Source: an uncultured Candidatus Moduliflexus sp.
GTDB lineage: Bacteria > Moduliflexota > Moduliflexia > Moduliflexales > Moduliflexaceae
NCBI GenBank assembly: GCA_964565315.1
Contig: CAZMEO010000001.1
Coordinates: 1-45,743 of the forward strand
Direction: 5' to 3'
Length of the DNA stretch: 45,743 nt
This document shows, piece by piece, positions 30,992 to 43,486 of the stretch. A model generated the notes under the pieces. It searched no databases. It worked only from the letters and a program-made list of their open reading frames with translations, and was not told where the DNA came from. Every line of letters starts with the position of its first letter. Within the stretch, counting starts at the first letter, position 1. Position numbers and translations under genes: made by a program.

Positions 30992-31408
30992 TTATTTTTT
31001 CTTGGCTCCCGCAGCGGCTTTTGCGCCTTTTGCATCCTTTTTCGGTCTCTTCGCGCCATATTTAGACCGTCCTTGCATTCTGTTCTGCACTCCCGAGCTG
31101 TCCAATGCTCCCCGGACAATATGATAGCGCACGCCAGGCAAATCTCTCACGCGGCCTCCGCGCACTAACACTAAGGAGTGTTCTTGCAAGTTATGGCCGA
31201 TTCCCGGAATATATGTCGTGACTTCAATCCCATTCGTCAAACGCACCCTGGCAACTTTCCGCAGCGCAGAATTCGGTTTTTTCGGAGTTGACGTATAAAC
31301 ACGCACGCACACTCCGCGTTTTTGTGGACATGATCGCAAGGCCGGGCTATCTGATTTAGATTCGATTTTTTTACGGCCAGTTCGAATCAATTGATGAATT
31401 GTTGGCAT
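30992..31408 (-). CDS. rpsL: 30S ribosomal protein S12
   Basis: [57 protein letters not shown]... Confidence 0.97.
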   Translation of the reverse strand: MPTIHQLIRTGRKKIESKSDSPALRSCPQKRGVCVRVYTSTPKKPNSALRKVARVRLTNGIEVTTYIPGIGHNLQEHSLVLVRGGRVRDLPGVRYHIVRGALDSSGVQNRMQGRSKYGAKRPKKDAKGAKAAAGAKKK

Positions 31409-31591
31409 ATCCCACATCTCCTAACTCATTGTTTTTATTAAACTTATCAACACATTCCGCAAAAATGTGCAAACCGTATCCCCCCCCCTCCACCTTGTCA
31501 AGCTTTTTTCCATGTCAAACTCCAATCAGCAGAAAATCCTTGCGTGAGGGAGAGAACGACAAGGTGTTTCACCGAGGAACAGAAAGGGGCG

Positions 31592-31618
31592 CGTCCGGCA
31601 TAACCATTATGCCGGACG
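31592..31618 (-). terminator. Hairpin/terminator downstream of rpoC
   Basis: An 11-bp GC-rich stem cgtccggcata/tatgccggacg with a 5-nt loop lies 20 nt after the rpoC stop. The downstream tract CGCCCCUUUCUGUUCCU is only moderately U-rich. Confidence 0.5.
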
Positions 31619-31638
31619 AATGACATTACGGTATCTCT

Positions 31639-34600
31639 CTATTCAGCAAGCGCCTCAAACTGCGGCGACACTTTTAACGCTTTTCGACGATAATTGATTG
31701 ATCCTGTCCCGGCAGGAATCAATCGCCCGACAATCACATTTTCTTTTAACCCGCGCAAATCATCTACTCGTCCAGAAATTGCGGCTTCTGTCAGCACTCT
31801 TGTCGTTTCCTGGAATGAGGCCGCCGATAAAAAGCTATCCGTGCTGAGTGAGGCGACGGTAATTCCCAACAAGAGCGGACGCCCGCTAGCAGGCTTTCCG
31901 CTTTCGGCAATGACGCGCTGATTCTCTTCTTCAAACTCGAAACGATCAACATACTCATCCAGCAAGAACAATGTATCGCCCGGATCGGAGATTTTCACGC
32001 GACGCAACATCTGCCGCACGATAACTTCAATATGTTTATCGTTGATGCTCACGCCTTGCAGACGATACACTTGCTGCACTTCATCGACCAGATACTTCTG
32101 CACTTCTTTCGCGCCAAGCACCTGAAGAATATCGTGCGGATCAGACGGGCCATCCATCAACGGCTCACCTGCGATAACGCGGTCGCCTTCACGCACGTTG
32201 ACATGCGTTCCACGTGGAATCGAATATTCGCGCTCCTCGCCGTTATCGCCGCGCACATGAATTTTCCGCATGCCGCGCACGATTTCGCCAAAATGCACCA
32301 CGCCGTCAACTTCGCTGATCGTCGCCGGTTCTTTCGGTTTTCGCGCTTCGAACAGTTCGACGACGCGCGGCAGACCGCCGGTAATATCTTTGGTCTTCGT
32401 CGTGTCGCGCGGAATTTTCGCGATAATATCGCCCGCAAACACCACATCGCCTTCATTCACCTGCAAATGCGAACCAGTGGGGAATTGTTTCTGATCAATC
32501 GTCTTCCCGTCAGCATCTTTCAGGATGACACGCGGCTGATATTGCTCGTCGGCGCTGTCAATAATCACTTTCGTCGTCAACCCCGTGACTTCATCCACTT
32601 CTTCGCGCATTGTAATGCCTTCCAGCACATCTTTCAGCACGACCGTAGATTCGCCCGGCGTTTCGACGATAATCGGCGTCGTAAACGGGTCCCAGCGCGC
32701 AATTTCTTGATCTGCCTCGACGATGTCGCCTTCCCGCACCAGCAGGGTCGCGCCATACACGAGAGGCGGATAATGATCTTCGACATGTTTGCCATTATCG
32801 TCGCGCATAATGCCGATAAACCCGCCTTTTGTGCGTACTGACAGGGTTTTATTGCGATTTTCAACACATCCGATGTCATGAAACACAACGCGCCCGCTGC
32901 GCCGCGTAATCAACGTGGATTGCTCCATGACGGCGCTCGCCGTGCCGCCGATATGGAACGTCCGCATCGTCAACTGCGTTCCCGGTTCACCGATAGACTG
33001 CGCGGCGATGATTCCGACCGCTTCGCCTTCGTTGACCAATCGCCGGGTTGAGAGGTTACTGCCATAGCACAAGGCGCAGACGCCGCGTTTGGCCTGACAC
33101 GTCAGCACGGAACGGATCTTGACCTGGCTCAGCCCCGCGTTTTCGACATTTTCCGCCAGTTTTTCGTCAATCAATTCATTGGCGTGAACAATGATTTCAT
33201 CGGTAGCCGGATGGCAGACATCTTCAAGCGCCACGCGCCCAATAATACGGTCGCGCAACGATTCGATCACTTCGCCGCCTTCGACAATCGGCGTCACGTA
33301 AATCCCATCAATCGTCTGGCAATCGTATTCCAAAATCATCACATCCTGCGACACGTCCACCAACCGACGAGTCAAATACCCGGAATCGGCTGTTTTCAGA
33401 GCCGTATCCGCCAGACCTTTGCGGGCGCCATGCGTTGAAATGAAGTATTGCAACACGCTCAAGCCTTCTCGGAAATTCGCCGTAATCGGAGTTTCGATAA
33501 TTTCGCCCGACGGTTTTGCCATCAACCCGCGCATTCCGGCAAGCTGACGAATCTGCTGGCGACTGCCACGCGCCCCGGAATCCGCCATCATAAAAATCGG
33601 ATTGAATTTGGGGTGTCTTTTCACCACTTCGTCACGAGAATAATCCGCAGCGCCGAGTTTTCCAGCAAGCTGCGATTGCGTTTCTTCCGAACGTTCCAGA
33701 TCGGCGAACATCGCATTTGCGACTTCTTCTGTCACTTTCGACCAGATATCAATAACCTTATTTTTTCGTTCGCCGTTCGTGATAACGCCGTTATTGTACT
33801 GATCGTCAACTTCACCGACTTCCGCCTGCGCCTCCTGAATCAGTTCGGATTTCTGTCCAGGGACCTGCATATCATCAATGCCGATAGACAACGCCGAAAT
33901 CGTGGAGAATTTAAAGCCGGTATCTTTGAGTTTATCAAGGACTTCAACAGCGATTTCATTGCCGAAATCCAAGTGCGTCTTGGTAATCAGCTTGCTTAAC
34001 GATTTCTTATTCATCTGCTTGTTGACGAACTTATTCGCAAAATGAAAATCTTTCGGCAAAATCTGATTGAAGATGACGCGGCCAACGGTAGTATCCACCA
34101 TTTTATATTTCTGGCTGTCCGGATCGGCCTGCATCCGCACTCGAATCGCCTCTAACAGAGCGACGCGTTTGTCGTTATACGCTCTGATTGCTTCTTCGAA
34201 CGAAGCAAACGTTTTCGGCTGTGCGGCTCTTCGACATTCGATTAAGTCCTGCACCGCATACCCGTTAATTTCTTTGACCACAACGCCGTCAGCAGTTTCG
34301 AACATCTGCCCTTTCGCAATGACACGACCATTCTGCTGCTCAAACGATACACCGCCTTTGAAGGCAAGCCTATTGCCGTCTTTTTCGGCCTCACCTAATA
34401 ACAGTACCGCAGATTTCTTCTCATCAGAAGAATTCGGAGCGATATAGCGGATTACATCCTTATGTGGAATTTCCTTCGTGATGTAGTAAATTCCAAGAAC
34501 CATGTCTTGCGACGGCAGCGCCAACGGGCCGCCATGCGCCGGGGAAAGCAGGTTGCTGGTCGCCATCATCAAGATTTTGGCTTCCACTTGCGCTTCAATC

Positions 34601-36024
34601 GAAAGCGGGACATGCACGGCCATCTGGTCGCCGTCAAAATCCGCGTTGAACGCTGCGCAGACCAGCGGATGGATACGAATCGCTTTTCCATTCACAAGTA
34701 CTGGCTCGAACGCCTGAATGCCAGCGCGATGCAGCGTCGGAGCGCGGTTCAATAAAACGGGGTGATCTTTCACCACTTCTTCAAGCACTTCCCAGACTTC
34801 CGCCGTTTCGCGTTCGACAAGTTTCTGCGCGTTTTTGATCGTCGTCGCATACCCTTTTTCCTGGAGTTTCTGGAAGACGAACGGTTTGAATAATTCTAAC
34901 GCCATCTTTTCCGGCAAGCCGCATTGATGCAGTTTCAGTTCCGGCCCGACAACGATAACGGAACGCCCGGAATAATCCACGCGCTTGCCGAGCAAGTTTT
35001 GACGGAAACGCCCTTGCTTCCCTTTGAGCATGTCGCTCAACGATTTCAACGGGCGGTTCTTTGAGCCGCGCAATACGCGCCCGCGACGGCCATTATCGAA
35101 CAACGCATCTACGGATTCTTGCAACATCCGTTTTTCATTTCGAATAATGACTTCCGGCGCTTTCAATTCCTGCAAGCGATGCAAACGGTTATTGCGGTTA
35201 ATGACGCGGCGATACAGATCATTCAAATCCGAAGTAGCAAACCGTCCGCCATCCAGTGGCACTAACGGGCGCAATTCCGGAGGAATAATTGGAATGACCT
35301 CGAAAATCATGTGTTCCGGCTTGCAGCCTGATTCGCGGAACGCCTCAACGACTTTGAGACGCTTGGTCAGTTTTTTCTTCTTTTGCAGCGAGTTTTCCAC
35401 CTTCATCTGCTCGCGCAATTCCTTCGACATCGCCTCAACATCAATCCGTTTAAGCAATTCCCGAATCGCTTCCGCCCCGATCCCGACGCGGAATTTCCCA
35501 GCATAATCGGGGTCTTCCGATAACATGCGGTATTGTTCTTCGGTCACTAATTGTTTTTCGTCCAGATTCGTGCTGCCAGCATCCACGACGACGTAATTCT
35601 CGAAATAGAGAATGGTTTCAAGCTTTTTGACCGGCATGTCCAATAATTGACCGATCCGGCTCGGCAACCCTTTGAAAAACCAGATATGCGACACCGGGCA
35701 TGCGAGTTCAATATGTCCCATGCGTTCTCGCCGAACCTTTGCCTGCGTGACCTCGACGCCGCATTTTTCGCAGACGACTCCCCGGTGACGAATACGTTTG
35801 TATTTGCCACATAAGCATTCCCAGTCTTTCACCGGGCCAAAAATTTTTGCACAAAACAGGCCGTCACGTTCTGGTTTAAACGTCCGATAGTTGATGGTTT
35901 CGGACTTTTTCACCTCGCCATACGACCACTCGCGAATCTTTTCCGGCGAGGCTATCGAAATGCGAATCGCTTCGAAATCCGTTTCACTGCTTGAACGTTT
36001 AAACAATTCTAAGAAGTCTTGCAT
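31639..36024 (-). CDS. rpoC: DNA-directed RNA polymerase beta-prime subunit
   Basis: 1461 aa, with a zinc-finger CLCGKYKR...CEKCGVE, the catalytic [12 protein letters not shown], a trigger loop with an SI3-like insertion ([16 protein letters not shown]...[15 protein letters not shown]), and a lineage-specific insert around residues ~540-640. Confidence 0.98.
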   Translation of the reverse strand: MQDFLELFKRSSSETDFEAIRISIASPEKIREWSYGEVKKSETINYRTFKPERDGLFCAKIFGPVKDWECLCGKYKRIRHRGVVCEKCGVEVTQAKVRRERMGHIELACPVSHIWFFKGLPSRIGQLLDMPVKKLETILYFENYVVVDAGSTNLDEKQLVTEEQYRMLSEDPDYAGKFRVGIGAEAIRELLKRIDVEAMSKELREQMKVENSLQKKKKLTKRLKVVEAFRESGCKPEHMIFEVIPIIPPELRPLVPLDGGRFATSDLNDLYRRVINRNNRLHRLQELKAPEVIIRNEKRMLQESVDALFDNGRRGRVLRGSKNRPLKSLSDMLKGKQGRFRQNLLGKRVDYSGRSVIVVGPELKLHQCGLPEKMALELFKPFVFQKLQEKGYATTIKNAQKLVERETAEVWEVLEEVVKDHPVLLNRAPTLHRAGIQAFEPVLVNGKAIRIHPLVCAAFNADFDGDQMAVHVPLSIEAQVEAKILMMATSNLLSPAHGGPLALPSQDMVLGIYYITKEIPHKDVIRYIAPNSSDEKKSAVLLLGEAEKDGNRLAFKGGVSFEQQNGRVIAKGQMFETADGVVVKEINGYAVQDLIECRRAAQPKTFASFEEAIRAYNDKRVALLEAIRVRMQADPDSQKYKMVDTTVGRVIFNQILPKDFHFANKFVNKQMNKKSLSKLITKTHLDFGNEIAVEVLDKLKDTGFKFSTISALSIGIDDMQVPGQKSELIQEAQAEVGEVDDQYNNGVITNGERKNKVIDIWSKVTEEVANAMFADLERSEETQSQLAGKLGAADYSRDEVVKRHPKFNPIFMMADSGARGSRQQIRQLAGMRGLMAKPSGEIIETPITANFREGLSVLQYFISTHGARKGLADTALKTADSGYLTRRLVDVSQDVMILEYDCQTIDGIYVTPIVEGGEVIESLRDRIIGRVALEDVCHPATDEIIVHANELIDEKLAENVENAGLSQVKIRSVLTCQAKRGVCALCYGSNLSTRRLVNEGEAVGIIAAQSIGEPGTQLTMRTFHIGGTASAVMEQSTLITRRSGRVVFHDIGCVENRNKTLSVRTKGGFIGIMRDDNGKHVEDHYPPLVYGATLLVREGDIVEADQEIARWDPFTTPIIVETPGESTVVLKDVLEGITMREEVDEVTGLTTKVIIDSADEQYQPRVILKDADGKTIDQKQFPTGSHLQVNEGDVVFAGDIIAKIPRDTTKTKDITGGLPRVVELFEARKPKEPATISEVDGVVHFGEIVRGMRKIHVRGDNGEEREYSIPRGTHVNVREGDRVIAGEPLMDGPSDPHDILQVLGAKEVQKYLVDEVQQVYRLQGVSINDKHIEVIVRQMLRRVKISDPGDTLFLLDEYVDRFEFEEENQRVIAESGKPASGRPLLLGITVASLSTDSFLSAASFQETTRVLTEAAISGRVDDLRGLKENVIVGRLIPAGTGSINYRRKALKVSPQFEALAE

Positions 36025-36106
36025 AACGACGAAAGTCAGCTAAGGTGCAAAGTGCGCCGACATGAAGCCGCCTCATGGGCGGCAAGGCATGTCAGACACT
36101 TTTCAC

Positions 36107-39100
36107 TCACTGTTGCTGTTGCTGCAGTTCCATATCTAAGCCCAGGCTTTGTAATTCTTTCACCAACACGTTGAACGATTCCGGGATGCCGGCTTCCAGC
36201 GTATGTTGGCCTTTGACGATGGATTCATAAATCTTCGTCCGCCCGACCACATCATCCGATTTGACCGTCAGTAACTCTTGCAGATTATAGGCTGCACCAT
36301 ACGCTTCCAACGCCCAGACTTCCATTTCGCCGAAACGCTGTCCGCCGAATTGCGCCTTGCCGCCGAGCGGCTGCTGCGTGACTAACGAATACGGGCCGAT
36401 TGACCGCGCGTGCATTTTATCGTCAACCAGATGCGACAGTTTCACCATGTAAATATAGCCGACGGTTGTGTCTTGTTCGAATGGCTCGCCAGTTTTGCCA
36501 TCATACAGCCGCGATTTTCCCGATGGATTCAAACCCGCCGTGCGTAATTTTTGTTTAACGGCTTCTTCTGATGCGCCATCAAACACCGGCGTGGCGAAAT
36601 ACACGTCATTTTTGATCGCATGCGCTAAATGCAGCAAGCCTTCCGCATTTCCTTCTTTCAAATAGCTCGTTACGGTTTCATCTTGCCGAATCCCGTCGTA
36701 AATATCATTGAGCAATGTTCGAAGGCGTTCAGTCACCGCTTCGCGGAACACGCTTTCCGACACCTCTTGATCTGGGGATGTTTTCAAGCTCTCCACCAAC
36801 GCCACCAACTCTTTATCATGCATGCTGAGTTGACGCAACGGCGTTTCCATCCAATGAATATGCTGATGGAGTTTCTGCATGAACTTTTTGCCCGCCCAGC
36901 CCAAGCAGGTTTCCAAAATTTGACCGACGTTCATACGCGACGGCACGCCGAGCGGGTTCAAGACAATATCCACCGCCGTGCCGTCCGGCAGGAACGGCAT
37001 ATCCTCGACCGGTGCGACGTTCGACACGACCCCTTTATTGCCATGCCGTCCCGCCATCTTATCGCCGACCGACAGGCGGCGCTTCATCGCGATATAGACT
37101 TTCACCAACTTGACCACGCCCGGCGGCAATTCGTCGCCAGTACGGAGTTTATTGGTTTTTTCGTTCATAATCGTTTCCAGAATATGGATTTGGTCCATGG
37201 CATTTTCCTGGAGCGATTCGATGTCGTCGCGCACATCCTGAATTTCCTGAATCTTAATCTTGCCTAAATCATCCACCGACATGTCCGCCATTTTTTCCGG
37301 CGTCAGCAGATCGCCTTTCTTGAAAATCGGCTGCTGTTTCGGCGATGATGGCCGCGTTTCTTCAAACGAATCCTCATCATCGAAACTGTCGTCAAAATCG
37401 TCATCATACGACGCTGTCGGCGATTTTTTCGCAAAATCATCCGGATAATAATCGCGCGCCACAGTCTTGCCCTTGAGCAAGTGCATCATTTTTTTCTTCA
37501 ATTCGTCGCGCACGATCTGAATTTCATCCTGATAATCGCGCTCGATTTTGGCGATTTCCGCGTCTTCAATACTCTGGGCGCGTTCATCTTTTTCCACGCC
37601 TTTGCGCGAAAAAACTTTCACGTCAATGACAATGCCACTCACCCCTTGCGGCGTCCGCAGAGAAGCGTCTTTGACATCGCCCGCTTTTTCGCCGAAAATG
37701 GCGCGGAGCAATTTTTCTTCCGGGGCAAGATGCGTTTCCCCTTTCGGCGAAATTTTTCCAACCAGAATATCGCCGGGGCGCACTTCCGCGCCGATGCGCA
37801 CGATGCCGCTTTCGTCAAGATTGCTCAGCGCGTCTTCGCCGACGTTCGGAATGTCGCGCGTAATTTCTTCGCGGCCAAGCTTGGTATCGCGGGCTTCGAT
37901 TTCACATTCTTCGATGTGAATTGAGGTGAACATATCCTCTTTGACAACGCGCTCGCTCATTAAGATCGCGTCTTCGAAGTTATACCCGCCCCAGGGCATG
38001 AACGCCACCAGCACGTTGCGTCCTAAGGCTAATTCGCCTTTTTCAGTCGAGAACCCGTCCGCAATCACCTGTCCGGCGGCGACTCTATCGCCGATTTTCA
38101 CCAGCGGACGCTGATTGACACAGGTATTCTGGTTCGAGCGTTGGAATTTCATCAATTCGTAGCGGTCAATCATCGCCGATTCTTCATCCTCTTCATCTTC
38201 GAAGGAGGGAAGGCGGAACGCGGCATATTGCTGGATTTTCTGACGATCTTCTTCCGGCGTGTCGCTCTCATCCACGCGAATCACGATACTGCGCGAATCC
38301 ACATTTTCAATCACGCCCGCCCGTTTCGCAATAATGACCGAACCTGAATCACGGGCGGCAATCGCCTCCATCCCCGTGCCGACCAGCGGCGCTTCCGGCT
38401 GCACCAATGGCACGCCCTGGCGCTGCATGTTCGATCCCATTAAGGCGCGGTTCGCGTCGTCATGTTCCAGGAACGGAATCAACGAGGCTGAGACGCTGAC
38501 CAACTGCTTCGGCGATACGTCCATATAATGCACTTGTTCCGGCGGCACCATGACGAAATCGCCGCCCCAACGGGCAGAAATGCGATCATTCACGAAATGC
38601 CCGTCGGCGTCAAGCGGCGCATTCGCCTGGGCAATGATATATTGTTCATCCTTAAAGGCCGACAGATATTCAATCGTATCCGTCACACGCCCGTTTTCGA
38701 CCTTGCGGTAAGGCGTTTCGATGAAGCCGTAGGCGTTAATGCTGCCGTAGGTACTGAGCGACGCAATCAAGCCGATGTTCGGGCCTTCCGGCGTTTCAAT
38801 CGGGCAAATGCGGCCATAGTGCGTCGAATGCACGTCGCGCATTTCGAATCCAGCGCGTTCCCGGCTGAGGCCGCCCGGTCCAAGAGCGCTCATGCGGCGT
38901 TTATGCGTCAATTCCGATAAGGGATTGGTTTGATCCATGAACTGCGACAACTGGCTGCTGCCGAAAAATTCTTTGACGGCGCTCATCACCGGCTTCGCAT
39001 TGATCAAGTCATGCGGCATGACCGTATCAAGTTCCTGCAAGCTCATCCGCTCTTTGGTCGCCCGCTCCACGCGCACCAATCCCATGCGGAACTGGTTTTC

Positions 39101-40684
39101 CAGCAATTCGCCGACGGAGCGAACGCGGCGGTTGCCAAGATGGTCAATATCGTCAATTTCGCCTTCCCCCATGCGCAATTTCAGCATGTAGGCCGTAATC
39201 GCCAATAAATCTTGCACATCGAGAATGCGTTGATCCACCGATTTTTCTAAGCGCAATTTTTCGTTGATTTTCAACCGCCCGACTTTCGAGAGATCGTACC
39301 GTTCTTCCATGAAAAACAGATTGAGGAAGAGTTTGCTGGCGCTTTCTTCGGTCGGCGGATCGCCAGGGCGCAGCGTGCGATAGATTTCCAGCAACGCATC
39401 GATTTTCGTGCGCACGCCATCTTTCATGAACGTATTGCTCAGCGCGTCGCCCCCCACCGATTTATCAATCAACAAGACATCCAGCGTCGAAACATTCGCA
39501 AGATACAGTTGATTCAAATTATCCGCCGTGATTTCTTCGTTGCACTCGATCAGGACTTCGCCGGTTTCCGGGTCAATCACATCTTTCGCAGACACCGCGC
39601 CGATCAAAGCCGAGGACTCCACTTGCAGCGCGGAAATGCCATGCAGATGACTGAGGCGCAACACTTTTTTGGTAATCTTCTTACCTTCTTTGATAATGAC
39701 CGTGCCGTCCGGAGCAACCATATCTTGCTTCGCCACATAGCTCCGCAAGAATTCGCTCAGTGCATCCGGGCTTGAGGCATGCAGATCGATCTGCAATTGC
39801 ACGGAGCAGGTATCGCGCCGTACCCGATCCACCTCATCAAAACGAAAGGTCACGGTATCGTAAAAACAGCGCAGAATGCTTTCCGTTGACGAGAGATCAG
39901 GGAATTGTTTCGTTGTCTCGCCTGCTTCTTCGGCGAGACGACGTTCTTCCTCTACTGCGCATTGCAAGGCACGCAAAAACAGGCTGACCAGCAATTTGCG
40001 TTTTTTATCGATTCGGACGTAGAGATAATCGCGATAATCGAATTCGAATTCCAGCCACGAACCGCGATAGGGAATCACGCGGCAGCTATACAATATCTTG
40101 CCGCTGAAATGCCCTTTGCCTTTGTCATGGTCAAAAAACACGCCGGGGGAGCGATGCATCTGACTGACGACGGTGCGTTCCGTCCCGTTGATGATGAACG
40201 TGCCCTTTGTCGTCATCATCGGGATTTCGCCGAAATAAATGTCCTGCTCCTTGATGTCGCGAATAGATTTGCTGCTGGTATCCACATCAATATCCCAGGT
40301 GACCAGGCGCACTGTGACTTTGAGCGGAATCGAGTACGTCATGCCGCGTTCCCGGCATTCAGTGGCGCTATATTTCGGTTTGCCAAAACTATAGCTCACA
40401 AACTCCAGCAACGCAATGTCATTGTAATCCGAAATGGGAAATACCGATTGAAAGATCTCCTGCAAACCGGTATTCTCTCGTTCATCCGGAGGGACGTTGA
40501 GTTGCAGAAACCGTTCATAGGATGTCTGTTGCACTTCGATCAGATTTGGGATATCCAGAATCACTGGAATCTTGCCGAAATCCAATCGTTTCCGAACAGT
40601 CGAGACGAACCCTTCCGTAAAAATCGGCATCTCGCGCCCCTGTTGTCTTTCCTCGCCATAATGTGTCGCGGTATATTGACTCAT
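36107..40684 (-). CDS. rpoB: DNA-directed RNA polymerase beta subunit
   Basis: 1525 aa, with rifampicin-cluster region [34 protein letters not shown] and the C-terminal motifs [13 protein letters not shown] and [19 protein letters not shown]. It has large inserts and a QQQQQ C-terminus. Confidence 0.98.
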   Translation of the reverse strand: MSQYTATHYGEERQQGREMPIFTEGFVSTVRKRLDFGKIPVILDIPNLIEVQQTSYERFLQLNVPPDERENTGLQEIFQSVFPISDYNDIALLEFVSYSFGKPKYSATECRERGMTYSIPLKVTVRLVTWDIDVDTSSKSIRDIKEQDIYFGEIPMMTTKGTFIINGTERTVVSQMHRSPGVFFDHDKGKGHFSGKILYSCRVIPYRGSWLEFEFDYRDYLYVRIDKKRKLLVSLFLRALQCAVEEERRLAEEAGETTKQFPDLSSTESILRCFYDTVTFRFDEVDRVRRDTCSVQLQIDLHASSPDALSEFLRSYVAKQDMVAPDGTVIIKEGKKITKKVLRLSHLHGISALQVESSALIGAVSAKDVIDPETGEVLIECNEEITADNLNQLYLANVSTLDVLLIDKSVGGDALSNTFMKDGVRTKIDALLEIYRTLRPGDPPTEESASKLFLNLFFMEERYDLSKVGRLKINEKLRLEKSVDQRILDVQDLLAITAYMLKLRMGEGEIDDIDHLGNRRVRSVGELLENQFRMGLVRVERATKERMSLQELDTVMPHDLINAKPVMSAVKEFFGSSQLSQFMDQTNPLSELTHKRRMSALGPGGLSRERAGFEMRDVHSTHYGRICPIETPEGPNIGLIASLSTYGSINAYGFIETPYRKVENGRVTDTIEYLSAFKDEQYIIAQANAPLDADGHFVNDRISARWGGDFVMVPPEQVHYMDVSPKQLVSVSASLIPFLEHDDANRALMGSNMQRQGVPLVQPEAPLVGTGMEAIAARDSGSVIIAKRAGVIENVDSRSIVIRVDESDTPEEDRQKIQQYAAFRLPSFEDEEDEESAMIDRYELMKFQRSNQNTCVNQRPLVKIGDRVAAGQVIADGFSTEKGELALGRNVLVAFMPWGGYNFEDAILMSERVVKEDMFTSIHIEECEIEARDTKLGREEITRDIPNVGEDALSNLDESGIVRIGAEVRPGDILVGKISPKGETHLAPEEKLLRAIFGEKAGDVKDASLRTPQGVSGIVIDVKVFSRKGVEKDERAQSIEDAEIAKIERDYQDEIQIVRDELKKKMMHLLKGKTVARDYYPDDFAKKSPTASYDDDFDDSFDDEDSFEETRPSSPKQQPIFKKGDLLTPEKMADMSVDDLGKIKIQEIQDVRDDIESLQENAMDQIHILETIMNEKTNKLRTGDELPPGVVKLVKVYIAMKRRLSVGDKMAGRHGNKGVVSNVAPVEDMPFLPDGTAVDIVLNPLGVPSRMNVGQILETCLGWAGKKFMQKLHQHIHWMETPLRQLSMHDKELVALVESLKTSPDQEVSESVFREAVTERLRTLLNDIYDGIRQDETVTSYLKEGNAEGLLHLAHAIKNDVYFATPVFDGASEEAVKQKLRTAGLNPSGKSRLYDGKTGEPFEQDTTVGYIYMVKLSHLVDDKMHARSIGPYSLVTQQPLGGKAQFGGQRFGEMEVWALEAYGAAYNLQELLTVKSDDVVGRTKIYESIVKGQHTLEAGIPESFNVLVKELQSLGLDMELQQQQQ

Positions 40685-41013
40685 TGTGTATAAATTCTAT
40701 GTCATCGCGCCATACACAAAACACGTCCCATTCTGGGGCGATTCTTTCTCTGCTTATGTATATCGCGAGTAGTTACCAACAGCCAAACAGCAGAATAGAG
40801 CTTACGATGCAGGATATAGTCGTTTCATCCTGAACACCAGCTCTATTCCACAAAAGATACGCCTTTTCAGTAGTTGCAGCCTGGATGGTTGATTCTGTTC
40901 TGGTATGCTCACTCCCTGGATATGCAATCATAGATGAGTACACATTTGCGCCTTGTGTAAAAAAGAGGACAAGCGTCAGAGAAAATACATTCTCTTTTAA
41001 CTCTTTGGCGTCA

Positions 41014-41057
41014 CCATCCTCCTTGCGCAACATACACAACCTCGCGCAAAGAGGATG
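41014..41057 (-). promoter_or_regulatory. 14-bp stem-loop in the rplL-rpoB spacer (possible attenuator or processing site)
   Basis: On the minus strand, CAUCCUCUUUGCGC...GCGCAAGGAGGAUG pairs fully with one G-U. The stem starts 20 nt after the rplL stop and has no U-tract. Confidence 0.4.
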
Positions 41058-41076
41058 GGATTTTATCGCGCAGCGG

Positions 41077-41466
41077 CTACTTTACCTGCACCACGCCGCC
41101 AGCAGCTTCAACTTTGGTCTTAATATCCTGCGCTTCTTCTTTAGAAACGCCTTCTTTGATATTCGCCGGAGCACCATCCACAAGCGCTTTCGCTTCTTTC
41201 AAGCCCAATCCCGTAATTGCGCGGATTTCTTTGATGACCTGAATCTTATTCGCGCCAGCATCAGACAGCACCACTGTAAATTCCGTCTGTTCTTCAACCG
41301 GAGCAGCCGCTGCTGCGCCACCACCAGCAGGCATCGCGCCCATCATCACCGGAGCAGCCGCCGTTACGCCATATTTCTCTTTTAATTTCTGAACCAGTTC
41401 ATTTAACTGAATTACGCTTAAGTTATCAATATAGGACAGCACATCATCCATCGTCAAATCAGCCAT
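41077..41466 (-). CDS. rplL: 50S ribosomal protein L7/L12
   Basis: [34 protein letters not shown]...Ala/Gly hinge...[30 protein letters not shown] 41466. Confidence 0.96.
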   Translation of the reverse strand: MADLTMDDVLSYIDNLSVIQLNELVQKLKEKYGVTAAAPVMMGAMPAGGGAAAAAPVEEQTEFTVVLSDAGANKIQVIKEIRAITGLGLKEAKALVDGAPANIKEGVSKEEAQDIKTKVEAAGGVVQVK

Positions 41467-41583
41467 GATTTTTTGAGAGCCACCTGTCGCGTTGTCCGTG
41501 TTGCCCATTATTAAGGACTTCCAGTCCACAACCCAAGACTCGAAACCGCGCTCTTTTCCTGTTGTTTCGTAATGATTTAAAGA

Positions 41584-42153
41584 TCAACCTTCTGCTTTTT
41601 TATCGGCAACAGCCTGTAATGTATAGACAAATTCGCTGACAATCCCTTGCAAGGCAAAAACCAGGCCACTGATCGGGGATTCCAACGTTCCCACCAATTC
41701 TGCAAGCAACTGTTGGCGGGGCGGCAGCGTCGAAACCTTTTGAATGCCATTCGCATCCAACACAGCACCTTCGATCACGCCACCTTTGACATTCACGCCC
41801 TTATTCTCTTGCTGCGCGAATTCTTTGGCATATTTCGTAACAACCTTTGCCAACCCTGCCGCGTCACCAGGGCAAAATACCAATCCAGTCGGGCCGACTA
41901 AAAATTGGTTCAACCCCTCAAATGGGGTATCTTTAATCGCTCGCTTTGCCAGCGTATTTTTGACGACCTGAAAATCGCCGGCAGCTTCCTGAAGTTCCCG
42001 GCGAAATTGCGTGGTTTTTTCAACCGTGAATTTATTGAATTCGAGGCAAATCACCGACTTACTTCCGGCGATGCGCTCTTTCAGTTCATCAATAATCTCT
42101 TGTTTTTCGTTTTGATTCACGCTTCGTGCGGAAAACTCTCGATTATTAGGCAT
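41584..42153 (-). CDS. rplJ: 50S ribosomal protein L10
   Basis: KQEIIDELKERIAGSKSVICLEFNKFTVEKTTQFRRELQEAAGDFQVVKNTLAKRA... Confidence 0.95.
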   Translation of the reverse strand: MPNNREFSARSVNQNEKQEIIDELKERIAGSKSVICLEFNKFTVEKTTQFRRELQEAAGDFQVVKNTLAKRAIKDTPFEGLNQFLVGPTGLVFCPGDAAGLAKVVTKYAKEFAQQENKGVNVKGGVIEGAVLDANGIQKVSTLPPRQQLLAELVGTLESPISGLVFALQGIVSEFVYTLQAVADKKAEG

Positions 42154-42199
42154 GTTCGGCCACGCTTAACAATCGGCAATTTTCTCGATTTTTCGGTAC

Positions 42200-42901
42200 T
42201 TATCGTATATCAGCCATCACAGTCGTCGCATCCAATCTGATTCCGACTCCCATTGTCGAGGAAATCGCAATCCCTCGCACATAATGCCCTTTACTTGATG
42301 ACGGTTTCATTCGCACAAGAGTTTCCAGCAACGCATGGATATTTTCTTTCAATTGCTGGACAGAAAATGAACGCTTCCCCACAGGACAGTGAACAATTCC
42401 AGCTTTTTCCACGCGAAACTCTACCTGTCCGGCCTTGACATCTTTCACCGCTTGCGCCACATCCATCGTGACCGTTCCGGTTTTGGGGTTCGGCATCAAA
42501 CCTCTCGGGCCAAGCACTCGGCCAAGTTTTCCGACAAGTCCCATCATATCAGGCGTGGCAATCGCTCGATCAAAATCGAACCAGCCGCCCTGAATTTTTT
42601 CCGCCAGGTCTTCCGCTCCAACAACGTCTGCGCCAGCTTCGCGAGCTTCGCGATCTTTTTCCCCTTTCGCAAACACAATCACGCGCACTGTCTTCCCCGT
42701 TCCATTCGGTAACGTGACGGAACCGCGAATCATCTGATCGGCTTTACGAGGATCAACGCCTAATTTGACTGCAATATCAATTGTCTCGTCAAACTTTGCA
42801 AAACTGACTTCTTTTAAAAGCGTCAACCCTTCCTCTAACAAATAACGTTTTTCCTCGTCGATTTTTTTAATCGCGTCGAGATATTTTTTTCCTTTAGCCA
42901 T
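42200..42901 (-). CDS. rplA: 50S ribosomal protein L1
   Basis: [15 protein letters not shown]...[34 protein letters not shown]... Confidence 0.97.
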   Translation of the reverse strand: MAKGKKYLDAIKKIDEEKRYLLEEGLTLLKEVSFAKFDETIDIAVKLGVDPRKADQMIRGSVTLPNGTGKTVRVIVFAKGEKDREAREAGADVVGAEDLAEKIQGGWFDFDRAIATPDMMGLVGKLGRVLGPRGLMPNPKTGTVTMDVAQAVKDVKAGQVEFRVEKAGIVHCPVGKRSFSVQQLKENIHALLETLVRMKPSSSKGHYVRGIAISSTMGVGIRLDATTVMADIR

Positions 42902-42978
42902 ACAATACCAGATTCAGAAACAGCAGGTAGTCTGACAGCCATAAAATCTCGGCCTCCTACCATCTGTCTTCTCTCCAA

Positions 42979-43404
42979 TTAATCAACAATGTCAATCCCC
43001 ATGCTTCGCGCCGTTCCTTCAACTGTTCTGATAGCCATATCCAATGTTCTGGCATTCAAATCAGGCATTTTTGTCGCCGCAATTTCCTTCACCTGTGCAT
43101 GCGTCACGCGCCCGACTTTATTTTTGTTCGGCTCTCCCGAACCTTTGGCGACTCCAGCAGCCCGTTTCAACAAGACAGAAGCCGGCGGGGTTTTTGTAAT
43201 AAACGTAAATGTCCGGTCAGAATAGACCGTAATCAATACCGGAATAATCAAACCTTCTTGCCCTTGAGTACGGGCGTTAAAGGTTTTGCAAAACTCCATG
43301 ATATTCACACCATGCTGGCCAAGCGCCGGGCCAACAGGAGGCGATGGATTTGCCTGTCCGGCAGGACACTGTAATTTGACTTGAGCGATAACTTTTTTTG
43401 CCAT
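42979..43404 (-). CDS. rplK: 50S ribosomal protein L11
   Basis: [44 protein letters not shown]..., ATG 43404. Confidence 0.97.
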   Translation of the reverse strand: MAKKVIAQVKLQCPAGQANPSPPVGPALGQHGVNIMEFCKTFNARTQGQEGLIIPVLITVYSDRTFTFITKTPPASVLLKRAAGVAKGSGEPNKNKVGRVTHAQVKEIAATKMPDLNARTLDMAIRTVEGTARSMGIDIVD

Positions 43405-43486
43405 GTGAACAAAACGACTACTTGATTGTCGAGCTTCGATGCATACGCCTTGACTCGATGCAATCATTCATCATTCCCCTACCCGA

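Noticed and set aside
31480-31488. A C9 (G9 on the coding strand) homopolymer between a TTGACA and a weak TACGGT upstream of rpsL, which could be a slipped-strand phase-variable promoter spacer.
   Set aside because: The -10 match is poor (3/6), and the downstream operon is essential, so on/off switching is implausible. It is more likely a chance run, and it is also a possible sequencing-error hotspot.
32032-40693. Long antisense ORFs inside rpoC and rpoB, for example 32032..32841+ (269 aa), 36629..37267+ (212 aa) and 39905..40693+ (262 aa).
   Set aside because: They lie entirely opposite unmistakable RNAP coding sequence. Their translations are Arg/His/Phe-rich with no recognisable motifs, as expected for shadow frames of a gene with biased codon usage.
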